64,000 bases of DNA from Coriobacteriales bacterium. Its GTDB lineage: Bacteria > Actinomycetota > Coriobacteriia > Coriobacteriales > CADBOM01. Below the pieces are notes generated by a model. That model saw only the letters and a list, made by a program, of their open reading frames with translations, did not search any database and was not told the DNA's origin. The position numbers were made by a program, and so were the translations under genes. Position 1 is the stretch's first letter. Each line of letters starts with the position of its first letter. Location: the NCBI GenBank assembly GCA_050946275.1, contig JBMNUM010000007.1:21779-85778 (forward strand), read 5' to 3'. Below, in pieces: positions 58,291 through 64,000 of the stretch.

Positions 58291-60078
58291 ATGGCGAAGT
58301 CGGGAAGCAAGGCCACCGACACCGCGGCACATGAAGCCCCACAGGTTATGAGCGGCGCACGTGCGCTCATCGCCGCACTCGAGGACGAGGGCGTCGATGT
58401 GCTGTTCGGATATCCGGGCGGACAGGTCCTGGATATCTACGATGCGCTCTATGATTCCCAGAAGATCCAGCACATTCTGGTGCGCCACGAGCAGGCTGCG
58501 GTGCACGCTGCCGACGGCTATGCGCGCACGGCCGGCAAGGCGGGCGTCGTGCTCGTCACGAGCGGCCCCGGTGCCACGAACACCATCACCGGCATTACGA
58601 ACGCCTACATGGACTCCGTGCCGCTCGTCGTGATCGCGGGCCAGGTCCCCACGGACTCGATCGGCACCGATGCCTTCCAGGAGGCCGATTACCTCGGCAT
58701 CACGCTGCCGGTGATCAAGCACAGCTACCTCATCAAGGATGTCGACGAGCTCGTCCCGTCCATCCGCGAGGCGTTCTACATCGCCACGACCGGCCGTCCC
58801 GGTCCGGTTGTCATCTGCATCCCCTCCGACATCGCCGCGCAAGACGTCGCCTACGAGCCGCCTGCGGGCAAGGTGTCGATTCCCTCGTACAAGCCCACGC
58901 GCAAGGGCAATGCGCGTCAGGTCAAGCAGGCCGCGGAGCTCATCCTGCAGTCGTCTCGTCCGGTCATCATCGCGGGCGGCGGCATCGCGATCAGCGGCGC
59001 GGAGACGGAGCTCAAGAACCTCGCGGAGATCCTGCAGATTCCCGTGGCCGAGACGCTCATGGCCCGGGGAAGCTTCCCCGCGGATCACTGCCTGCACCTC
59101 GGGCTCGCCGGCATGCACGGCCTGCCCGCCACGAACCTCGCCATCATGAACAGCGACCTCCTCATCGCCGTGGGAACGCGCTTCTCCAACCGCGTGACGG
59201 GCGACGTGGAGAGGTTCGCGCCGCGCGCCAAGATCGTGCACATCGACATCGACCCGGCCGAGATCGGCAAGAACGTGCGGGTCGACATCCCGATCGTCGG
59301 CGACGCCAAAGAGGTGCTGCGGGCTCTGTTCGAGCAGATTCAGAAATCCGATCCCAATTCGCGCACGTCGATGTGGATCGAGCAGATAGGGGAATGGCAG
59401 GACGGCATCTCCGTCTCCGAGCAGGAGCACGACCCTGCCATCATCGGTGCACAGGACATCTTCACCGAGCTCAACAAGGCGATAACCGGCCGCGACGTCG
59501 TGTTCACCACCGAGGTGGGCGAGCACCAGATGTGGGCGGCCCGCTACCTGGCCGACATGGGTCCCCACGGTTTCATCACCTCTGGCGGTGCGGGGACGAT
59601 GGGCTTCGGCTTCCCCGCGGCGATGGGCATCCAGCTCGCGCATCCCGACAAGACCGTGGTCTGCCTCGCGGGCGACGGCTCGTTCCAGATGAACATCCAG
59701 GAAATGGCGACATGCGCCGCCTACGGCCTGCCGGTCAAGGTGCTTATTCTCAACAACGCGTCCCTCGGCATGGTCAAGCAGCTGCAGGAGCTCTTCTTCC
59801 ACAAGCGCTTCTCGGCCGTGGACATGCCCCGGATTCCCGACTACACCAAGGTCGCCGAGGGCTATGGCTGGCAGGGGCGCACGGTGGGCGACCCGGCGGA
59901 TCTCGCCGCGGCGATAGGCTGGCTGCTCGACGCCGATGGTCCCGCGATCCTCGACGTGCATATGTCGCAGGTGGAGATGGCGCTGCCCATGCTCGACCTC
60001 AACCGCGATGGAGCGCTCGACCAGATCATCGGCGTCGACATGACCCGTGGCGGCGAGCCGGGCGAGAGGAGGGGATAG
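58291..60078 (+). CDS. ilvB: Acetolactate synthase large subunit
   Basis: FGYPGG, VRHEQAA, TSGPGATN, GDGSFQMN...NN ThDP motif. Confidence 0.95.
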   Translation: MAKSGSKATDTAAHEAPQVMSGARALIAALEDEGVDVLFGYPGGQVLDIYDALYDSQKIQHILVRHEQAAVHAADGYARTAGKAGVVLVTSGPGATNTITGITNAYMDSVPLVVIAGQVPTDSIGTDAFQEADYLGITLPVIKHSYLIKDVDELVPSIREAFYIATTGRPGPVVICIPSDIAAQDVAYEPPAGKVSIPSYKPTRKGNARQVKQAAELILQSSRPVIIAGGGIAISGAETELKNLAEILQIPVAETLMARGSFPADHCLHLGLAGMHGLPATNLAIMNSDLLIAVGTRFSNRVTGDVERFAPRAKIVHIDIDPAEIGKNVRVDIPIVGDAKEVLRALFEQIQKSDPNSRTSMWIEQIGEWQDGISVSEQEHDPAIIGAQDIFTELNKAITGRDVVFTTEVGEHQMWAARYLADMGPHGFITSGGAGTMGFGFPAAMGIQLAHPDKTVVCLAGDGSFQMNIQEMATCAAYGLPVKVLILNNASLGMVKQLQELFFHKRFSAVDMPRIPDYTKVAEGYGWQGRTVGDPADLAAAIGWLLDADGPAILDVHMSQVEMALPMLDLNRDGALDQIIGVDMTRGGEPGERRG

Positions 60079-60080
60079 AA

Positions 60081-60563
60081 ATGGTCCAATCTCATACGCT
60101 CTCGCTTCTCGTCGACAACCGGTTCGGCGTCCTGACGCGCATCACGGGCCTCATCTCGCGGCGCGGTTTCAACATCGAGTCGCTGGCCGTCGGCACGACG
60201 GAGGACCAGACGCTCTCGCGCGTGACGGTGGTCGTGAGCGCCGACGACGTGGCGCTCGAGCAGATCAAGAAGCAACTGCACAAGCTCGTGAACGTCCACA
60301 AGATCAACGACTTCACGAAGGAGCCGTCGGTGGACCGCGAGCTGGTGCTCTTCAAGGTGAGCGCGCCGGCCGAGACGCGTCACGAGATCATCGAGCTCGT
60401 CAACGTGTTCCGGGCCAAGATCATCGACGTGGGACGCACCACGATGACGATCGAGGCGACGGGCACCGCCGACAAGCTCGCGGCGATGGAGGATCTCTTC
60501 CGGTCCTATGGAATCAAGGAAATGGCACGAACGGGCAAGATAGCCCTGTCAAGAGGCAACTAG
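60081..60563 (+). CDS. ilvN: Acetolactate synthase small subunit
   Basis: LLVDNRFGVLTRITGLISRRGFNIESLAVG; ARTGKIAL.RG. Confidence 0.95.
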   Translation: MVQSHTLSLLVDNRFGVLTRITGLISRRGFNIESLAVGTTEDQTLSRVTVVVSADDVALEQIKKQLHKLVNVHKINDFTKEPSVDRELVLFKVSAPAETRHEIIELVNVFRAKIIDVGRTTMTIEATGTADKLAAMEDLFRSYGIKEMARTGKIALSRGN

Positions 60564-60592
60564 TGGCAAAGCTGCAACAGAAAGGACAGACC

Positions 60593-61738
60593 ATGCAGAA
60601 GAAATACCTACTCACCCCCGGACCCACGACGATTCCGTCGGAAGTGCTGCTCGCGCAGGCCAAGCCGATGATCCACCATCGCACCCCCGACTTCGAGGCG
60701 GTTGTCGCCGAGTGCGAGGAGGGCCTCAAGTACGTGTTCCAGACGGAGAACGATGTCGTCATGCTCGCCTGCTCCGGCACGGGCGTGATGGAGTCCTCGA
60801 TCGCCAACTGCTTCTGCGCGGGCGACAAGGTCATCGTTTGCGAGAACGGCAAATTCGGCGAGCGCATGGCGCAGATCTCCGAGGCGTACGGCCTCGAGCC
60901 GATCGTGCTGTCCTACGGATGGCGCAGCTGCGTCAATCCGGCCGACATCGCCAAGGCCCTCGAGGAGAACCCGGATGCCCGCGGCGTCATCGTCACCCAG
61001 TCCGAGACCTCTTCCGGCGTCCTCAACGATGTCGAGGCCGTCGGCAAGATCGTGGCCGACTACCCCGAGTGCGTCTTCATCGTCGACTCGATCACGGGCA
61101 TCGGCGCCGTCGAGCTCAAGACGGACGAGTGGGGTGTCGATGTCGTCATGACGGGTTCGCAGAAGGGCCTCATGCTCCCGCCCGGCCTGGCCGCCTGCAC
61201 GGTGAGCGAGAAGGCGTGGAAGGCCTATGAGCGTTCGACGCTTCCCAAGTTCTACTTCGATTGGGGCAAGTACAAGGCGAGCCTCGCGAAGAGCACGACC
61301 CCGTTCACCCCGGCCATCTCCCTCATGATCGGTCTCGCCGAGGCGCTCAAGCTCATCCGCGAGGAGGGAATCGAGAACGTCATCGCGCGCCATGCCAGGC
61401 TTGCGAAGGCCACCCGCTGCGGTGTCGAGGCGCTCGGCCTCGAGCTGTTCGCCCCCGCCGAGGGCCGCGGTAGCGCCGTGACCCCGGTCGTCGTGCCCGA
61501 GGGCATCGACGGCAAGGAGCTCGTCAAGATCATGAAGAACCGCTACGGCGTCACGATCGCCGGCGGCCAGGCCGACTACGCGGGCAAGATCTTCCGCATC
61601 GGCCATCTGGGCTATGTGGGCGATTTCGATATCATCACCTGCCTTGCGGCGCTCGAGATGACGCTGCAGGATCTGGGTTACGAGTTCGAGGCCGGCGCGG
61701 GCGTCAAGGCCGCCGAGGCCGTTCTGATGGAGGCATAG
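60593..61738 (+). CDS. Class V PLP aminotransferase (serine-pyruvate/alanine-glyoxylate or phosphoserine aminotransferase-like)
   Basis: LLTPGPT, HHRTPDF, SGTGVME, ETSSGVLN, VDSIT, GSQKGL.LPPG, FRIGHLG. Confidence 0.9.
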   Translation: MQKKYLLTPGPTTIPSEVLLAQAKPMIHHRTPDFEAVVAECEEGLKYVFQTENDVVMLACSGTGVMESSIANCFCAGDKVIVCENGKFGERMAQISEAYGLEPIVLSYGWRSCVNPADIAKALEENPDARGVIVTQSETSSGVLNDVEAVGKIVADYPECVFIVDSITGIGAVELKTDEWGVDVVMTGSQKGLMLPPGLAACTVSEKAWKAYERSTLPKFYFDWGKYKASLAKSTTPFTPAISLMIGLAEALKLIREEGIENVIARHARLAKATRCGVEALGLELFAPAEGRGSAVTPVVVPEGIDGKELVKIMKNRYGVTIAGGQADYAGKIFRIGHLGYVGDFDIITCLAALEMTLQDLGYEFEAGAGVKAAEAVLMEA

Positions 61739-61741
61739 AAA

Positions 61742-63337
61742 ATGATGAAGATTCTGGTTGCAGACAAGATCGCCGACAAGGGCATCGACATCCTTCGGGA
61801 AAACGGCTTCGAGGTCGACGTCATCACCGGTAAGAACGAGGAGGAGCTCATCGGCCTGGCACCCGACTACGATGCCATCATCGTGAGGAGCCAGAGCACC
61901 ATCACGCGTGCCATCATCGAGGCCGCCACGAAGCTCAAGATCATCGGCCGCGCAGGCGTCGGCGTCGACAACGTCGACATCGCCGCCGCCACGGAGAAGG
62001 GCGTCATCGTGTGCAACGCACCCACGTCCAACGTCATCTCCGCCGCCGAGCAGACGATGACGCTGATGCTCGCCTCGGCGCGCAAGACCGTCGCCGCCAA
62101 CAACTCCATGCAGGCCGGCAAGTGGGAGCGCTCGAAGTTCAAGGGCAACGAGCTCTACGAGAAGACGCTCGCCATCTTCGGCCTCGGCCGCATCGGCGGT
62201 CTCGTGGCCGAGCGCGCAAAGAGCTTCGGCATGCGCCTCATCGGCTACGATCCCTATTGCACGCCCGAGCGCGCCGAGCAGCTCGGCGTCGAGGTCTACG
62301 AGGATATCGACGAGATCCTTCCCCAGGCGGACTTCATCACGGTGCATCTGCCCAAGACCAAGGAGACCATCGGCATGTTCTCCACCGAGCAGTTCGCCAA
62401 GATGAAGGATGGCGTGTTCCTGGTGAACGCGGCTCGTGGCGGCATCTACGATGTCGAGGCGCTCGCCGAGGCCGTCAAGGCCGGCAAGGTCGCCGGAGCG
62501 GCCATCGACGTCTACGAGAAGGAGCCGTGCACCGAGTCGCCGCTGCATGGTCTCGACAATGTGATCCTCACGCCGCACCTCGGTGCGAACACCAAGGAGG
62601 CCCAGGACCGCGCGGGCTGGCAGATCGCCGAGTTCGTCATGGACGGTCTCTCGGGCAAGATGGTCTCGACCGCGCTGAACATGACGAAGGTTCCCGACGA
62701 CGTCATGGATGCCGTCGGTCCCTACATCGAGGCATGCCAGATGGCCGGCCGCATGCTCGTCCAGCTGCTTCCGGACGACATCACCTCCCTGCAGGTGAAG
62801 ACCTATGGCGAGCTCGCCAAGATCGACGCCTCCGTGCTCGGCACCGCCGCGCTGCAGGGCATCATCTCGCAGGTGAGCGACGAGCGCGTCAATTTCGTCA
62901 ATGCCGAGCACCTCGCCGAGGAGCGCGGCATCAATCTCACGATGGCGAGCGAGGAGAAGTCCCACGACTACACGAGCGTGGTGCAGCTGCGTGGTCGCGC
63001 GGGTGGTCAGGAGGCCGAGGTCTCCGTCACGGCTTCCGGCACGGGCGAGATCAGGATCGTCGGCATCAACGGCTACAAGTTCAACACGGCGCCGGCCGAG
63101 AACATCCTGCTCATCGGCTATGTGGACGGCCCGGGCCGACTTGGCAAGATCTGCCCGGTCTTGGGCGACGCCAACATCAACATCTCGACGATGCAGGTGA
63201 GCAACCGGGGCGGTGCCAGCGATATCGCCCTCGTGGTCTTCAACCTCGACGAGCCGTGCTCCGAGAGCGTCCGCGACAAGCTCGCCGTCGCCCTCGACGA
63301 GTACAGCCTGAGGGGCATCTGGTACATCAGGCTGTAG
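61742..63337 (+). CDS. serA: D-3-phosphoglycerate dehydrogenase (long form with ACT domain)
   Basis: GRAGVGVDN, GLGRIG, NAARGGI, TPHLGA; C-terminal ASB and ACT domains. Confidence 0.95.
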   Translation: MMKILVADKIADKGIDILRENGFEVDVITGKNEEELIGLAPDYDAIIVRSQSTITRAIIEAATKLKIIGRAGVGVDNVDIAAATEKGVIVCNAPTSNVISAAEQTMTLMLASARKTVAANNSMQAGKWERSKFKGNELYEKTLAIFGLGRIGGLVAERAKSFGMRLIGYDPYCTPERAEQLGVEVYEDIDEILPQADFITVHLPKTKETIGMFSTEQFAKMKDGVFLVNAARGGIYDVEALAEAVKAGKVAGAAIDVYEKEPCTESPLHGLDNVILTPHLGANTKEAQDRAGWQIAEFVMDGLSGKMVSTALNMTKVPDDVMDAVGPYIEACQMAGRMLVQLLPDDITSLQVKTYGELAKIDASVLGTAALQGIISQVSDERVNFVNAEHLAEERGINLTMASEEKSHDYTSVVQLRGRAGGQEAEVSVTASGTGEIRIVGINGYKFNTAPAENILLIGYVDGPGRLGKICPVLGDANINISTMQVSNRGGASDIALVVFNLDEPCSESVRDKLAVALDEYSLRGIWYIRL

Positions 63338-63363
63338 AGCTTCGAGTCCGATATCCGCTGTTT

Positions 63364-63398
63364 CAAATGAGTCGGGGGACTGTCCTCCGACTCATTTG
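63364..63398. terminator. Hairpin downstream of serA
   Basis: caaatgagtcgg / ccgactcatttg 12-bp stem. Confidence 0.6.
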
Positions 63399-63464
63399 TC
63401 GTTGCCGGGGCCGAGTGGTGTACAATCGGCCTGTTATCTTGTTCTTGCATTTAAGGAGGGCCTT

Positions 63465-64000
63465 GTGGAGGTCGCTAGGAAACATAGGAGTTCCCGTCTG
63501 CTGAAAATCGGTATCGTTGCCGCCGTAGCCGTGCTCGCCGTGCTCGCCTTGAGCGCCTGCACCGGGCCGCGCGTCGATGGCGGCGGTGGCATAACTTCGA
63601 AGACCGCTCCCACGGCATATGGCGTTGAACCGACGGGCACGGAGCAGGAGGCCTCGAGCGAGGACGGGAAGACCACGTTCATGGTCGACGATGCCTATAC
63701 CGTGGGCATCGACGAGCGGAAGCTGCGCATCTACACGTATGAGGAGGGCGTGCAGCCCTATGCCGGCCTCTCCGTTGTGGAGAACACCACCGGCCAGGAC
63801 ATGCGCGAGGTGCTCGAGAGCCTCGCGAAGAGCGCTGCCAAAACCTACAAGAAGGGTATGACCACCCAGCCCGAGATCAGCTTCATGGAATTCGGCGACA
63901 GGGAGATCGGCAGGATCGATTACGAGTTCACCCTCGACATGAGGTCGATGAGCGACAAGTTCTTCCACGTCGAGCTGACCGACGATCTGGTCATGCCCTA
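63465..64000 (+). CDS. Lipoprotein of unknown function (3'-truncated)
   Basis: GTG after aaggagg, hydrophobic signal with lipobox LSAC, frame open to the window end; missing from the ORF track. Confidence 0.7.
   Translation, partial: MEVARKHRSSRLLKIGIVAAVAVLAVLALSACTGPRVDGGGGITSKTAPTAYGVEPTGTEQEASSEDGKTTFMVDDAYTVGIDERKLRIYTYEEGVQPYAGLSVVENTTGQDMREVLESLAKSAAKTYKKGMTTQPEISFMEFGDREIGRIDYEFTLDMRSMSDKFFHVELTDDLVMP

Noticed and set aside
57515-58342. Minus-strand 275-aa ORF, and 24797-25510 on the minus strand
   Set aside because: They span repeats, a riboswitch or infA/rpmJ antisense, with no protein-like features.
1-64000. Selenocysteine or programmed readthrough genes
   Set aside because: No recognisable gene is interrupted by an in-frame TGA at a Cys position.

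Overview
High-GC window of mostly core chromosome, most consistent with a Coriobacteriia actinobacterium (inferred from GC content, ribosomal protein style, an LAK(A/T)GD-type sortase signal, and tat/hyp genes). In order: a 5'-truncated CnaB adhesin, an LtaS-like sulfatase, gtrA, rph-rdgB, tRNA-Gly and tRNA-Pro, two tandem DUF169 paralogs, vanZ, sbcDC, a PhnP-like hydrolase, an aldo/keto reductase, a CWB2-anchored transglutaminase-like protein, a lipoprotein-MBOAT-AlgJ-like O-acetylation cluster and a HEAT protein. Next come a detached infA-rpmJ-rpsM-rpsK-rpsD-rpoA-rplQ operon, pgi, an amidohydrolase, tatB/C-hypA/B, an archaeal-looking type IA topoisomerase, mdh-fumAB-tmk-holB-ricT-pncB-degV, rlmKL, a histone-H1-like/HEAT fusion and mtnA. 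The last part holds comF, a raiA-motif RNA, a substrate-binding lipoprotein, hpf, a CHAP-like/ricin protein, ftsB-ppx-tRNA-Leu(UAA), a T-box-led ilvB-ilvN-aminotransferase-serA operon and a 3'-truncated lipoprotein. No integrase, transposase, phage genes or CRISPR array were seen. The most interesting signals are non-coding: a raiA-motif RNA, an atypical T-box leader with a possible multi-hairpin translational relay, a small tRNA-Leu-anchored element with tRNA-derived ends, a dispersed three-arm palindromic repeat, a 173-bp nested inverted repeat and an 11-bp-period GTTCA array. All calls are by eye, without database searches.
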